From Vulcanimicrobiota bacterium (GTDB lineage: Bacteria; Vulcanimicrobiota; Vulcanimicrobiia; Vulcanimicrobiales; Vulcanimicrobiaceae): a stretch of 64,000 bases of DNA. Shown here one piece after another: positions 19,748 through 30,558 of the stretch. How positions within the stretch are numbered: position 1 is the first letter of the stretch; each line of letters begins with the position of its first letter. Both the position numbers and the translations under genes were made by a program. The notes beneath the pieces were generated by a model, which was given only the letters and a program-made list of their open reading frames with translations, did not search any database and was not told the origin of the DNA. The stretch spans positions 6,753 through 70,752 of the forward strand of contig PLED01000082.1 of NCBI GenBank assembly GCA_003136355.1, in the 5' to 3' direction.

Positions 19748-19750
19748 CCT

Positions 19751-22717
19751 TTAGGCTTCGACGGCTACCCTGTCACCCTTCGCCAAGTCGTCGAGAACGC
19801 GCAAATTCTCCCGCTCGAGTGCTTCGATGGCGCTTGCCTCGGGCCGGCGGTGCCCGACCGCACGCTGATCTTTCAGCACGGGCAGCAGATATTGGCCGGT
19901 GTAAGACCGCTTGTCGCGCGCGACCTTTTCCGGCGTTCCGGCTGCAACCACAGTGCCGCCCCGGTCGCCGCCCTCGGGACCGAGATCGATGATGTAGTCG
20001 GCAGTTTTGATGACGTCGAGGTTGTGCTCGATCACGAGCACGGTATTCCCTGTTTGCACCAAGCGGTCCAAGACTTCGAGCAGTTTGTGGATATCGGCGA
20101 AATGCAGACCGGTCGTTGGTTCGTCGAGCACGTAGAACGTACGGCCGGTCGAGCGGCGCGCGAGTTCCGTCGCCAGCTTCACGCGCTGCGCTTCGCCGCC
20201 CGAAAGCGTCGTCGCAGGCTGTCCCATTTTGATGTAGCCGAGCCCGACCTCGCAAATCGTCCGCAGTTTGTTGTGAATGCGCGGTATCGCCGAAAAGAAT
20301 TCTGACGCTTCGTCGACGCGCATTTCGAGCACATCGCTGACGTTCTTTCCTTTATATTTGATCTCGAGCGTCTGCGCGTTGTAGCGCTTGCCTTTGCAGA
20401 CTTCGCACGGCACGTAGACGTCAGGCAAAAAGTGCATCTCGATTTTGATGATGCCGTCGCCTTCACACGCTTCGCATCTGCCGCCGCGTACGTTGAACGA
20501 GAAGCGGCCGGGCATGTAGCCGCGCATCTTCGATTCCGGCACCAGCGAAAAAAGCTCGCGCACCAAATCGAAGGCGCCGGTATACGTCGCCGGGTTGCTT
20601 CGCGGCGTGCGGCCGATCGGCGATTGATCGATGACGACGAGCTTGTCGAGCATGTCGGCGCCGCGCACGCTGCCGTACGTTCCGGCCGCGGGCTGATGAT
20701 GCAGATGCTGATTGAGCGCTTTGACGACCACGTCGTTGACTAGCGTGGACTTGCCGCTGCCGCTCACACCGGTAACGCACGACAGGACGCCGACCGGAAG
20801 GTCGACGTCGATGCCGAGCAGATTGTTGGCCTTGGCCTTGCGCACTTGCAGCCACGACCGCGGCTCGCGCCGCTGCTTGGGTATCGGAATGAACTTGCGC
20901 CCGGAAATATACGCGCCCGTTTCCGATTCGGGGTTAGCGATGACGTCTTCAAGCGTTCCGGCGCTCAGCACGTAGCCGCCTTCGGCGCCGGCGCCCGGTC
21001 CAATATCGACGACCACGTCCGCGTTGCGGATCGTGTCCTCATCGTGTTCGACAATGATCAGCGTGTTGCCGAGGTCGCGCAGCGTCTTTAACGTCGCGAG
21101 CAATCTGTCGTTATCGCGTTGATGCAAGCCGATCGACGGCTCGTCCAAAATATAGAGTACGCCCACCAGGGAGCTGCCGATCTGCGTCGCGAGCCGGATG
21201 CGCTGCGACTCACCGCCCGAAAGCGTCGTTGCGGAACGCCCGAGCGTGAGATAGTTCAAACCGACGTTCGTCAAAAAGCCCAGGCGCGCACGGATCTCCT
21301 TGAGAACCTGATGAGCGATCTGCTCTTCGCGCGGGCTGGGTGTGAACTCGGCAAAGAATTTTTCGCACCGTTCGATCGACAGCCGGGTTAGGTTGTCGAT
21401 ATTCGAACCGCCAACCGTCACCGCCAGCGCTTCGGGTTTGAGCCGCGCGCCTTTACACTGCGGGCAGACCGAGGCGGACATGTATTTCTCGATGTCCTCC
21501 TTGACGTAGTCGCTCGACGTCTCGCTATGGCGCCGCTCCAAATTATTGACGACGCCTTCGAAGGTCGCCTTGTATTCCCAGACTTTGCCGGCCCGCGATT
21601 CAAAAGCGAAGTTTTGCTCGCGATCGGTGCCATATAAGATCACGTCGACGACTTCGTCGGATATCTTCTCGATCGGCGTCGTCATCTTGACGCGGTAGCG
21701 GCGCAACACGCGCTCGAGCTGCTGCAGATAGTAGGGGTTCATCGACGGGAAGCGTCCGCTGCCCAGCGACTTGCTCCACGGAACGATCGCGCCGCCCTCA
21801 ATCGACTTGCTGCGATCGGGAATGACCAGCCATGGATCGATTTCGATTTTTTCGCCCAGGCCGGTACAGCCCGGACATGCGCCGTAGGGCGAGTTGAACG
21901 AAAACAGCCGCGGCGCCAGCTCTTCAAACGAAAGTCCGCAGTAAACGCACGCAAACGCTTCGCTGTAGGTGAGCTCCCGGGTCGTTTTCCCATCCTCAAC
22001 CAACGCCGTGACGATGCCGGTGGAAAGCCGCACAGTCGTTTCGACCGAGTCGGTGAGCCGTTTGCGGATATCCGGCTTCATCACCAGACGATCGACGACG
22101 ACTTCGATCGTGTGCTTGCGTTTTTTGTCGAGGACGATCTTTTCACGCAACTCGCGGGGTTCGCCGTCGATGCGCACGCGCGAGAAGCCCTCCTTGGCTA
22201 TCTCTTCAAACAGTTTCGCGTACTCGCCCTTGCGGCCGCGCACCAGCGGCGCGAGCAGCTGAATTTTCGAGCCTTCGGGCAGCTCCATGATCGAATCGAC
22301 GATCTGCTCGCTCGTCTGCGAGCTGATTTCGCGTCCGCAGCTGTAGCAATGCGGCAACCCGATGCGCGCGAAGAGCAGGCGCAGATAATCGTAGACTTCG
22401 GTAACCGTTCCAACGGTCGAACGCGGATTACGCGAGGTCGATTTCTGGTCGATCGAAATCGCCGGCGAAAGCCCCTCGATGTAGTCGACGTCCGGCTTCT
22501 CCATCTGGCCCAAAAATTGGCGCGCATACGAGGAGAGCGACTCGACGTAGCGGCGCTGACCCTCGGCGTAGATCGTATCGAAAGCAAGCGAGGATTTGCC
22601 GGACCCCGAGAGGCCGGTAATCACGATCAGCTGGTTTCGTGGAAGGGCGAGATCGATGTTTTTGAGGTTATGCTCGCGCGCGCCCTTGATAACGATGGAG
22701 TCGAGACCGGGTGGCAT
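19751..22717 (-). CDS. uvrA: excinuclease ABC subunit A
   Basis: 988 aa. Two ABC ATPase modules ([20 protein letters not shown]), LSGGE signatures, and Zn modules. Confidence 0.97.
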   Translation of the reverse strand: MPPGLDSIVIKGAREHNLKNIDLALPRNQLIVITGLSGSGKSSLAFDTIYAEGQRRYVESLSSYARQFLGQMEKPDVDYIEGLSPAISIDQKSTSRNPRSTVGTVTEVYDYLRLLFARIGLPHCYSCGREISSQTSEQIVDSIMELPEGSKIQLLAPLVRGRKGEYAKLFEEIAKEGFSRVRIDGEPRELREKIVLDKKRKHTIEVVVDRLVMKPDIRKRLTDSVETTVRLSTGIVTALVEDGKTTRELTYSEAFACVYCGLSFEELAPRLFSFNSPYGACPGCTGLGEKIEIDPWLVIPDRSKSIEGGAIVPWSKSLGSGRFPSMNPYYLQQLERVLRRYRVKMTTPIEKISDEVVDVILYGTDREQNFAFESRAGKVWEYKATFEGVVNNLERRHSETSSDYVKEDIEKYMSASVCPQCKGARLKPEALAVTVGGSNIDNLTRLSIERCEKFFAEFTPSPREEQIAHQVLKEIRARLGFLTNVGLNYLTLGRSATTLSGGESQRIRLATQIGSSLVGVLYILDEPSIGLHQRDNDRLLATLKTLRDLGNTLIIVEHDEDTIRNADVVVDIGPGAGAEGGYVLSAGTLEDVIANPESETGAYISGRKFIPIPKQRREPRSWLQVRKAKANNLLGIDVDLPVGVLSCVTGVSGSGKSTLVNDVVVKALNQHLHHQPAAGTYGSVRGADMLDKLVVIDQSPIGRTPRSNPATYTGAFDLVRELFSLVPESKMRGYMPGRFSFNVRGGRCEACEGDGIIKIEMHFLPDVYVPCEVCKGKRYNAQTLEIKYKGKNVSDVLEMRVDEASEFFSAIPRIHNKLRTICEVGLGYIKMGQPATTLSGGEAQRVKLATELARRSTGRTFYVLDEPTTGLHFADIHKLLEVLDRLVQTGNTVLVIEHNLDVIKTADYIIDLGPEGGDRGGTVVAAGTPEKVARDKRSYTGQYLLPVLKDQRAVGHRRPEASAIEALERENLRVLDDLAKGDRVAVEA

Positions 22718-22761
22718 GTTCGTTACTTCAACACGCCACCCGGTTCATACGTTGCGAGAGT

Positions 22762-23538
22762 CTAGTAGGTCGCGGGCGGCCCAGCGCTCGGCGGGGCTGC
22801 CATTACGGCAGACGTGCGCGAGAGCTTGATGTACTCACCGACGATGACCAGCGTCGCGTAGACTGCGACGATCTGCTTGATCAAGACGGCGATGATGCCG
22901 CCCAGCATCGGGATCTGGACGAGTGCCCGGTCGATCAAGCCTGCGATAAGGAACACAACGCAGAGAAGAACGAGCAGAAGCAGGGTCGTCAAAAAGTTGC
23001 GTGTCGCCACTCGCGCTGAGTCCATAAGCGCTTCGCTACCGGATCGTCCGCCGATAATAACGCTAGCAAACGTGTACAGAAAGAACAGCACGAACAAGAG
23101 CAGCGGCAAGCCGAGCGTGAAAAACAATATCACCGACAGAAACGACGCCACAATCGCCAGAACCACCAGCAAGATCACCGCGACCAGAATCGAGCCGGCG
23201 TCCTTACGGAATGCCGCCGCCCCGTCATCCAGCGTAGCGCGACCCGTGCTCCAAGCCGCACCCGCCATGCCGGTCGTATAAGCGATGGTCAGAATCACGC
23301 CGACCAATCCGACGATTGTTGCGAGCACCGCGGCCATTCCGAAGGCGCTCAGGCCCATGCCGGTCGCTCCCGCGGCGCCCAATCCGGCGCCGCCGATGAC
23401 GCCGGCTCCAATCAGGAAAAAGTTTATAACGAAGACCACGATGCCGATGACCAGTCCGGGGACCAGCATGATCCAGTTGCTGGAGAGCAGCTCCCACGCG
23501 CGGCCAAACGTGTTGCCCAAGCCTTCAGGAGATTGCAT
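22762..23538 (-). CDS. multi-pass membrane protein of unknown function
   Basis: 258 aa with 6 or more hydrophobic helices rich in G/A/I/V. No catalytic motif recognised. Confidence 0.6.
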   Translation of the reverse strand: MQSPEGLGNTFGRAWELLSSNWIMLVPGLVIGIVVFVINFFLIGAGVIGGAGLGAAGATGMGLSAFGMAAVLATIVGLVGVILTIAYTTGMAGAAWSTGRATLDDGAAAFRKDAGSILVAVILLVVLAIVASFLSVILFFTLGLPLLLFVLFFLYTFASVIIGGRSGSEALMDSARVATRNFLTTLLLLVLLCVVFLIAGLIDRALVQIPMLGGIIAVLIKQIVAVYATLVIVGEYIKLSRTSAVMAAPPSAGPPATY

Positions 23539-23601
23539 ATAACCTCACCTTTTCAATTCGCAGGCTCCCCAATGCAAAGAGCCGCACCTTTGGACTAGGT
23601 T

Positions 23602-24324
23602 TCACAGCAAGAGAGCGCTCACCTCGGCAATCGTCCGGACCACGGCCCCTGGCGGGGCGGCGTTTTCAGGAAGGGCTTCGTCCCGCAGGTTCATCCAGAT
23701 CGTGAAAAGGCCGGCCTCATTCGCGCCGGCGATGTCGCGCTCGTACCGGTCTCCCACCATGGCTGTCGCCGCCGGCCGGCTTCCGAGTTTTTCGCAGGCA
23801 TGGGCGAAGAGCCGCGGATCGGGCTTGATCATGCCGGTCTGGTCGGCCAGAAAGATCGCATCGAAGCGATCGCTCAATTCCAGCAGCGCGATCTTCTCGT
23901 TATGCGTCTCCGAAACGCCGTTGGTGACCAGCCCCAGTTTCTTTCCCGAAGCTCGAAGCCGCGTCAGCAGATCGAGCGCTCCGGGAAAGAGCGCGAAATA
24001 TTTCTTGCGATACAGATTGTAGTTGACGGCGCTGCGCTCGGCGAGACGGGGATCGTCCAGTCCGATCGACGACAGCGCGCTTCCCCACAAATGCGACCGC
24101 AGCGACGAGAGCTTGGTGAGCAGTATTTCTTGCACCTGATCGGCGGTCAGCCGTTTCCAAAACCCCTCCGCTTCGGCAACGTACGCGTCTTTGAGCGCCA
24201 GCGCGTCGATGCCGTGCTCGGCGGCAACTTCGCGCGCGACTTCTTCCGCCGCGCTCCTGAAGGCAATCGTGTCGTCGTGCAGCGTGTCGTCAAGATCGAA
24301 AAGGACGGCGTCGAGCTTACGCAT
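23602..24324 (-). CDS. HAD-IA family hydrolase
   Basis: MRKLDAVLFDLDDTL (DxDxT), LVTNG, and GDRYERDI. The ATG overlaps the end of the upstream GH38 gene by 8 nt. Confidence 0.85.
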   Translation of the reverse strand: MRKLDAVLFDLDDTLHDDTIAFRSAAEEVAREVAAEHGIDALALKDAYVAEAEGFWKRLTADQVQEILLTKLSSLRSHLWGSALSSIGLDDPRLAERSAVNYNLYRKKYFALFPGALDLLTRLRASGKKLGLVTNGVSETHNEKIALLELSDRFDAIFLADQTGMIKPDPRLFAHACEKLGSRPAATAMVGDRYERDIAGANEAGLFTIWMNLRDEALPENAAPPGAVVRTIAEVSALLL

Positions 24325-26875
24325 GGCCGAATCGCACGCGAAACGATCGCAGCTCGAAAGCATTCAATTCGAAGACCAGGGTTTCGCTTTCAATGGAGAC
24401 GGCGGTTTGCACGGCACGTTCGAGCGCGTCGACCGCATGCGCGGAAGCGACGCGCGCGCCGGAGCGCAAACGCACGGATCTTGCTTCGCCGTTACATTCA
24501 CGCACGCGTACGATCGCGCCGTCGCGATCCTCAGCCGGTTTGCAGGCTACGACCAAGACGTTTTCGTCTTGGGTCGTAAATAAGCGCACGCGCGGTTCGT
24601 GCGCGAACCGGAGCCAAGCGCGTTCCAGCGCTCCGGTGCTCGCGGAACCGAGCGGCGCGAAAGCATAGCTGAGGCGGTGCGACCCCACGTCGGCGTCCGG
24701 GTCCGGCCAAACCGTTCCACGAAGCAGCGAATGCCCGAGCGCGATTTCGCCGGCTTGCGAAAGCGCGCTCCATCCGTAGGTGTCCAGCGAAAAGCACGCC
24801 GCGCCTTCGCCGCGCGCGTCGCGCACCGCGGCAAAGCGCTGGCCCGGAACTTCGAACTTCGCGCGCTCCTCGGGTGTGTCGCGCTGTGCACTCCGCACGA
24901 TCGTGCCGTGCGGCGAACCGTAGGTCACGTCATCCGCTTCGACGGCAAAACGGTTTTCGACGCGAAGCAGCGTGCGGCGAGCGTGCCAGTCGACGTCGAG
25001 CTCGACGCGCAAAAACGGCTCACCATCGAGCAGCTCGATGCGCATCATACCGGGCGATCCGTCGAAATCGTAATCGCATTCGAGCACGCCGCCGGCGATG
25101 CGCGCCGCATGCGCGGGTATGCGCCGCATCGTTCGTTGATAACCGTCGTCGATATTCCACGCGTCCCACTGCCGCGGACGATCGCGGTACAGCGCGAGCG
25201 CGTTGGCTTCAACGACCACGTTGCGCCGGCCGGCTGCGGCGAGTTCCGTGATGACACCGTCAGCTCCAATGCGCGCGTGAAGCAAGCCGTTGTCGAACGC
25301 AAACGATGTTCCGTCTTCGCGCGGCGCGCACTGCGCCGCGGCACCGCGCGCGCCGGTGCGCGGGAGCATCGATTCGGCCGACGCAATGACGCTGGCCGCC
25401 AGCTCTTGCGCTTGCGCGTATTCGCTCTCGGCATCCCGGTAGACGTCTGCAATCGCCGTGCCCGGCAACACGTCGTGAAATTGATTGCGCAGCACGATCT
25501 CCCACGCGGCGCGAAGACGCAGCGCGAACTGCACGGTCGCGGCGGCTGGAGCGCGGACGGCTTGCGACCACGCCACGAGCTCTTCGGCTTCGAGCAGCGC
25601 TCGCTCGAGGAGCGCGTTTTGAAACTTGATGTCGTGGTGCGTCGTGTACGTGCCGCGATGATATTCCAGATAGAGCTCGCCGGTGTAGGCCGGCAGCGGC
25701 TCGCTGCGGGTCGCGAGCCCTTCGAACCATTCGCGCGGACGGATCCATCGGCCGACCGCGGGCGCTTGCGCGAGCATCTTGGGAGTGACGCCGCCGCCGC
25801 CGTCGCCGTATCCGAGCACGAGCGGCTCGTGCCGCTCGCGCGCAGTCTTCACTCGCCACGGATAGGGGCCGCCGTCGTAAGACTGGATCAGCGCACTCGT
25901 CACGGTGCTTCCGTCCGGGCCGCGCCATACGAACTGCGGATATGGAAAACGCGTTGTGTCGTTCCATTGCAGCTTCGTCGTAGCGAAGAACGGAATGCCG
26001 GCGTGCGCGAGCAGTTGCGGAAGCGTGTTCGCAAAACCGAACGAGTCGGGCAGCCACGCGATCGACGGCGTCACGCCCAAACGCTGCGTGCAATACTCGT
26101 GCGCGAACAGCATTTGGCGCAGCAGCGATTCGCCGGATGGAATATTGCAGTCACTTTCGACCCAGAGGGCGGCAACGTCGGGATCGAAACGGCCCGCGTG
26201 TACTTCTTCGCGGACGTGCTCGAAGAGCTGCGGGTCGTTTTCTTCCACAAAACGGTACAGTTGCGGCTGGCTCTGCGCAAACACGAACCGCGGATCGCGA
26301 TCGAAGAGATCGCACGCGATCGCAAACGTCCGCTGCGCTTTGCGTCGCGTCTGCTCGTACGTCCATAACCACGCCACATCGAGATGCGAGTGGCCGATGA
26401 GTGGAAGCGCTTCCGCCATGGTCCCCTCGACTGGCGCGTCTTCGACGCGCTGCTCGGGGTCGTTCGACAGGCTCACGATGACACTAGCCGCCGGCGCGCC
26501 CCTCAGGATGACATCGTCTTGTTCACCACGACACACGTTCACAAATCGTTGAGGCTTCTGGTGCGACAGCGCGTTCAGCAGCCACCATATCAGGCCCGGG
26601 CCCGACGGCAAGCCGTTTGTCGGCAGCGCCTCAAGCTCGACTTCGAGCGCGAGCTCGCGCGGCTGCGCGCAAGCCGGTACCAGGACGTCGTGATGTTCGC
26701 GATCGTAAGCGCCCGCTGCAATTCCGGCGACGCGCAGCAACGCGCCCGTTCGCGTGCGGTACGAAACCAGCACGGGCCCCGCCGATGCCGGAAGCACGGC
26801 GTGCAGCAGCGCAACCTCTTGCGTGCGCGATTCTTCGGCCAGCGGCAGTTTCACAGCGCACTCTTTCGGGGGCAA
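24317..26875 (-). CDS. GH38 alpha-mannosidase (start uncertain; carries a repeat-element insertion)
   Basis: LIGHSHLDVAWLWTYEQTRRK..RTF.., WVESDCNIPSGESLLRQ, WLPDSFGF, KLQWN. The track start is a TTG inside the upstream terminator T-run, so the real start is probably downstream. Confidence 0.85.
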   Translation of the reverse strand: MPPKECAVKLPLAEESRTQEVALLHAVLPASAGPVLVSYRTRTGALLRVAGIAAGAYDREHHDVLVPACAQPRELALEVELEALPTNGLPSGPGLIWWLLNALSHQKPQRFVNVCRGEQDDVILRGAPAASVIVSLSNDPEQRVEDAPVEGTMAEALPLIGHSHLDVAWLWTYEQTRRKAQRTFAIACDLFDRDPRFVFAQSQPQLYRFVEENDPQLFEHVREEVHAGRFDPDVAALWVESDCNIPSGESLLRQMLFAHEYCTQRLGVTPSIAWLPDSFGFANTLPQLLAHAGIPFFATTKLQWNDTTRFPYPQFVWRGPDGSTVTSALIQSYDGGPYPWRVKTARERHEPLVLGYGDGGGGVTPKMLAQAPAVGRWIRPREWFEGLATRSEPLPAYTGELYLEYHRGTYTTHHDIKFQNALLERALLEAEELVAWSQAVRAPAAATVQFALRLRAAWEIVLRNQFHDVLPGTAIADVYRDAESEYAQAQELAASVIASAESMLPRTGARGAAAQCAPREDGTSFAFDNGLLHARIGADGVITELAAAGRRNVVVEANALALYRDRPRQWDAWNIDDGYQRTMRRIPAHAARIAGGVLECDYDFDGSPGMMRIELLDGEPFLRVELDVDWHARRTLLRVENRFAVEADDVTYGSPHGTIVRSAQRDTPEERAKFEVPGQRFAAVRDARGEGAACFSLDTYGWSALSQAGEIALGHSLLRGTVWPDPDADVGSHRLSYAFAPLGSASTGALERAWLRFAHEPRVRLFTTQDENVLVVACKPAEDRDGAIVRVRECNGEARSVRLRSGARVASAHAVDALERAVQTAVSIESETLVFELNAFELRSFRVRFGHA
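26422..26514 (-). repeat. GC-rich palindromic element, copy C (composite, inside the GH38 reading frame)
   Basis: CCCCTCGACTGGCGCGTCTTCGACGCGCTGCTCGGGGTCGTTCGACAGGCTCACGATGACACT plus AGCCGCCGGCGCGCCCCTCAGGATGACATCG. It is translated as DDVILRGAPAASVIVSLSNDPEQRVEDAPVEG. Confidence 0.8.
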
Positions 26876-26900
26876 AAAAAAACCCCCGCGTGCGCGGGGG
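26874..26900 (-). terminator. rho-independent terminator
   Basis: The minus strand reads CCCCCGC-GCAC-GCGGGGG followed by nine T, directly after gene 26918..27289. Confidence 0.8.
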
Positions 26901-26917
26901 TTCAGGAGATTACTGGG

Positions 26918-27289
26918 TTACCGCACGCACTGCGTCTTGAGCTTGGTTCGCTGGGCCGCCGTCAATTTCACGCCGGGTTTCATCAGCGATTTGCACCAAG
27001 GCGGCAGCGGGGTCACCGACGGCGGGCGCATGTCCGGATCGGGCGTTGCCGTGCGGTTGAATTTCTCTAGCCAGTTACCATTGGGGTTGTTGTTCAGCAT
27101 GTCCGTTCCGGGCGCGGGCGCCGTCGGAACCGGATTGCCTGCCGGGGTGACTGCGGGATTCGGCATCGGGCTCGGGACCGGCGTCGCTTGCGGGGCTGCG
27201 GCGGCCCGCACCGATGCTCCGCTAAAAAGGGCCAGGCTCATCGCGCACGCGGCCAGCGCGGCGGTCAAAGCGCGAGGGATTGCCTTCAT
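26918..27289 (-). CDS. small secreted Pro-rich protein
   Basis: An internal ATG gives the signal MKAIPRALTAALAACAMSLALFSGASVRA, followed by a Pro-rich linker and two Cys near the C-terminus. Confidence 0.55.
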   Translation of the reverse strand: MKAIPRALTAALAACAMSLALFSGASVRAAAAPQATPVPSPMPNPAVTPAGNPVPTAPAPGTDMLNNNPNGNWLEKFNRTATPDPDMRPPSVTPLPPWCKSLMKPGVKLTAAQRTKLKTQCVR

Positions 27290-27436
27290 ATTCGTCCTCC
27301 AAAAAATGTCGGTACCAACCCGTTTTCCCGCTTTGCCGCCTTCCCCACCAAGCAACCAGCTGTGCATGCCAGCGAGTCCCATGACGGCTGCGATTCGTAA
27401 CCATGGACCCGAATCGCGGACGTCATGGGGCGAGCG

Positions 27437-29530
27437 TTAGCTGCCGACGAGTTCCTTGAGAGCGTGCGCGAATATCTTGGGCGCCTTCCCTTGAAAGAGC
27501 AGCGACTCGTTGCCGCCGATCTGCTTGCGCAGTTCCACCAACTCGTCGCGCAGCGCCGCGGCTTTTTCAAATTCGAGATTGGCAGCGTACTCGTGCATCT
27601 TCTTTTCGAGTTCGGCGGCCATGCGGACGGCGACGTCGCGCGGCAGTTTCTCGCGGCGCAACTCGAGCTGCGTCTCTTCGGTCGCGCCCACCATCGAGAG
27701 AATATCGCGGATCTCTTTTCGCACGCTCTTGGGCTCGATGCCGTGCTTGAGGTTGTGCGCGACCTGCCGTTCGCGGCGCCGCCGCGTTTCGCCGATCGCG
27801 CGTTCCATCGATTGCGTAACGACGTCCGCATACATGAGCACCTTGCCCTCGACGTGACGCGCCGCGCGGCCGATCGTTTGAATCAGCGACGTTCCGCTGC
27901 GCAGGTAGCCTTCTTTGTCGGCGTCCAGAATGCCGACCAGAGAGACCTCCGGCAGATCCAATCCTTCGCGAAGCAGATTGATGCCGACCAGCACGTCGAA
28001 AACGCCCAGCCGCAGGTCGCGCAGAATGGCGACGCGTTCGAGCGTGTCGACTTCACTGTGAAGGTACCGCACTTTAAAGCCCATCTCGAGCAAAAAGTCG
28101 GTCAAATCTTCGGCCATTTTTTTTGTGAGCGTCGTGACCAGCACGCGCTCTTTGCGCTCGACGCGCAGCCGGATCTCTTCCATCAGATCGTCCACTTGGT
28201 TGAGCGTAGGACGGATCTCGACTTCCGGATCGACCAGTCCCGTCGGCCGGATGATCATCTCGACGACCTGCGAGCTGCGCCCCATCTCGTATGTCCCCGG
28301 CGTAGCCGAAACGTAGACGACCTGATTGATGTGCGCGTCAAACTCCTCGTACGTCAGCGGGCGATTGTCGAGCGCGCTCGGCAGACGGAAGCCGTGCTCC
28401 ACCAGCGATTGTTTGCGCGAGCGGTCGCCGGCGAACATGCCGTGCACTTGCGGCAACGTCACGTGCGACTCGTCGACGAAGAGCAGCCAGTCCTTCGGAA
28501 AGAAGTCCAGCAAACACGTCGGCGTGGAGCCGGGCTCGCGCCCCGAAAGCGGACGGGAATAATTTTCGATGCCGTTGCAGTACCCGACTTCGCGCAGCAT
28601 GTCCAGATCGTAGCGCGTGCGCATTTCCAGACGCTGCGCTTCGAGCAGCTTTCCGTTCTCCTTGAAGAACTTCAGGCGATCCGCGAGCTCGAGCTCGATC
28701 GAGCCAATCGCGCGGCGCAATTTTTCGTCCGGCGTGATGAAATGCTTGGCCGGAAATATCGTGATCGCGTCTTTGCTCTCGACGTACTCGCCGGTCAGGA
28801 TGTTGACGACGTTGATCGCTTCGATGCGGTCCCCGAAGAATTCGATGCGATGCACCAGTTCCTCGTCGACGCCGATGAATTCGAGCGTATCGCCGCGAAC
28901 GCGGAACGTTCCGCGTACGAGGTTGAGGTCGTTGCGCCGGTACTGCATGTCGATCAGTCTGCGCAGCAGCACGTCGCGGTCGATATCGGTGCCGACGCTC
29001 AGATTCTGCGAAAGCTCCATATAGTCGGCCGGCGAGCCCAAGCCGTAGATGCACGAGACCGACGCGACGATGAGCGTGTCGGGCCGCGTGAGCAGCGACT
29101 GCGTGGCCGAGTGGCGCAAGCGTTCGATCTCGTCGTTGATCGAACTGTCCTTTTCAATGTAGGTGTCAGTGTGGGCGATGTATGCTTCGGGCTGATAATA
29201 ATCGAAATACGAGACGAAGAACTCGACCGCGTTCTCCGGGAAGAATTCGCGGAATTCGGCGCAGAGCTGGGCCGCGAGCGTCTTGTTGTGGCAGAGCACG
29301 AGCGCCGGTTTCTGCGCGATCTCGATGGTCCGCGCCATCGCCATCGTCTTGCCGCTGCCCGTCACGCCCAGCAGCGTCTGCGCGCGATCGCCTGCGAGTA
29401 CGCCGTCGCCCAAAGCCTTGGTAGCGGCGGGCTGATCGCCGGCGAGGCTGAAGGGCGCCACGAGTTTAAAACGGTTGGCCACGACGCTCTGGACCGATGC
29501 AGGCACCGCCAGGGTTGCGAACGCCCCCAA
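27437..29530 (-). CDS. uvrB: excinuclease ABC subunit B
   Basis: 697 aa. GDQP, GVTGSGKT, the DESH box, and the C-terminal UVR domain (LEFEKAAALRDEL). Confidence 0.97.
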   Translation of the reverse strand: MGAFATLAVPASVQSVVANRFKLVAPFSLAGDQPAATKALGDGVLAGDRAQTLLGVTGSGKTMAMARTIEIAQKPALVLCHNKTLAAQLCAEFREFFPENAVEFFVSYFDYYQPEAYIAHTDTYIEKDSSINDEIERLRHSATQSLLTRPDTLIVASVSCIYGLGSPADYMELSQNLSVGTDIDRDVLLRRLIDMQYRRNDLNLVRGTFRVRGDTLEFIGVDEELVHRIEFFGDRIEAINVVNILTGEYVESKDAITIFPAKHFITPDEKLRRAIGSIELELADRLKFFKENGKLLEAQRLEMRTRYDLDMLREVGYCNGIENYSRPLSGREPGSTPTCLLDFFPKDWLLFVDESHVTLPQVHGMFAGDRSRKQSLVEHGFRLPSALDNRPLTYEEFDAHINQVVYVSATPGTYEMGRSSQVVEMIIRPTGLVDPEVEIRPTLNQVDDLMEEIRLRVERKERVLVTTLTKKMAEDLTDFLLEMGFKVRYLHSEVDTLERVAILRDLRLGVFDVLVGINLLREGLDLPEVSLVGILDADKEGYLRSGTSLIQTIGRAARHVEGKVLMYADVVTQSMERAIGETRRRRERQVAHNLKHGIEPKSVRKEIRDILSMVGATEETQLELRREKLPRDVAVRMAAELEKKMHEYAANLEFEKAAALRDELVELRKQIGGNESLLFQGKAPKIFAHALKELVGS

Positions 29531-29544
29531 AGGAATCTCGGAGC

Positions 29545-30558
29545 GTGAGCCAGAGCCCGCTTCTCTTTAGCGGAAATTCCAATCAAAAACTCGCCGAGGA
29601 CATTGCCCGGCGGTTAAAGCTGCACGTCGGCAAAGCGACCGTTTCCAAATTCAAGAACGAGGAAACGCGCGTGCAGATCGGCGAGAACGTGCGCGGCTCC
29701 GAAGTCTTCGTCATCCAGTCGATCTGCAAATCGGCAAGCGGCGGAGTCAATGATTCGCTCATGGAGCTGCTGCTGATGATCGACGCGTTGAAGCGGGCGT
29801 CCGCCTCGCGCATCACGGCGGTCGTGCCGTACTACGGCTACGCCAAGCAAGACAAGAAATCGAGCGGCCGCGAACCGATCTCCGCGAAGGTCGTCGCCAA
29901 CATGCTCAAGACCGCCGGCGCGAAGCGCATGGTGACGATGGATTTGCATGCCGCGCAGATTCAGGGCTTCTTCGACGGCCCGGTCGACAATCTGATGGCG
30001 ATGCCGACGCTTTGCAACTATCTTAAAAAGGAAGAGCTTTCGGACGGGCGGGTGGTCATCGTCTCGCCCGACGCGGGCGGCGTTCACCGCGCCGAACTTT
30101 TCGCCAAGCGCCTGGGAAGTTCGCTCGCGATCGTCTTCAAGCGGCGCCCCGAGCCCGACGTCTCCGAAGTAACGGACATCGTCGGCGACGTTTCGGGCAA
30201 GATCGCCGTTGTTGTGGACGACATGATCTCGACCGGCGGAACGTTGGCCAAAGCCGCCGAGGCGATCCTGTCGCGCGGCGCGACAAAAGTCTATACGGTC
30301 GCGACCCATGGAATTTTCGCGGGTGATGCGATCGAGGTGCTGGAAGCTTCGCCCATCGAAAAGGTGATCGTGACCGACACGATCCCGTTCTCAGACGCAC
30401 TCGAGCACCCGAAATTCTCGCAGCTTTCGATCGCGCAGACGTTCGCCGACGCGATCAACCGTATCACCACCAATCGTTCCGTCTCGGAACTCTTTACCGA
30501 AGACGGAGAAAAAAAAATGAATGAACTACGCCCGCCGGAGCCTGTAGCAGTCACATAA
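29545..30558 (+). CDS. prs: ribose-phosphate pyrophosphokinase
   Basis: The GTG at codon 17 follows AAGGA. LLFSGNSNQKLAEDIA.., the DLHA motif, and the PRPP loop VVVDDMISTGGT. Confidence 0.93.
   Translation: MSQSPLLFSGNSNQKLAEDIARRLKLHVGKATVSKFKNEETRVQIGENVRGSEVFVIQSICKSASGGVNDSLMELLLMIDALKRASASRITAVVPYYGYAKQDKKSSGREPISAKVVANMLKTAGAKRMVTMDLHAAQIQGFFDGPVDNLMAMPTLCNYLKKEELSDGRVVIVSPDAGGVHRAELFAKRLGSSLAIVFKRRPEPDVSEVTDIVGDVSGKIAVVVDDMISTGGTLAKAAEAILSRGATKVYTVATHGIFAGDAIEVLEASPIEKVIVTDTIPFSDALEHPKFSQLSIAQTFADAINRITTNRSVSELFTEDGEKKMNELRPPEPVAVT

Noticed and set aside
24599-26368. A 589-aa + strand ORF, together with many similar long ORFs (27425..29548, 19595..20305, 30291..31160, 43266..44240, 45247..46095, 52428..53426, 53442..54347, 57863..58921, 49112..50092)
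   Set aside because: Each lies antisense to a gene with strong motifs (GH38, uvrB, uvrA, prs/L25, gltX, mutase, tricorn, rocD, GH125). Each has Arg/Ala/Gly-rich, motif-free translations typical of shadow ORFs in high-GC DNA.
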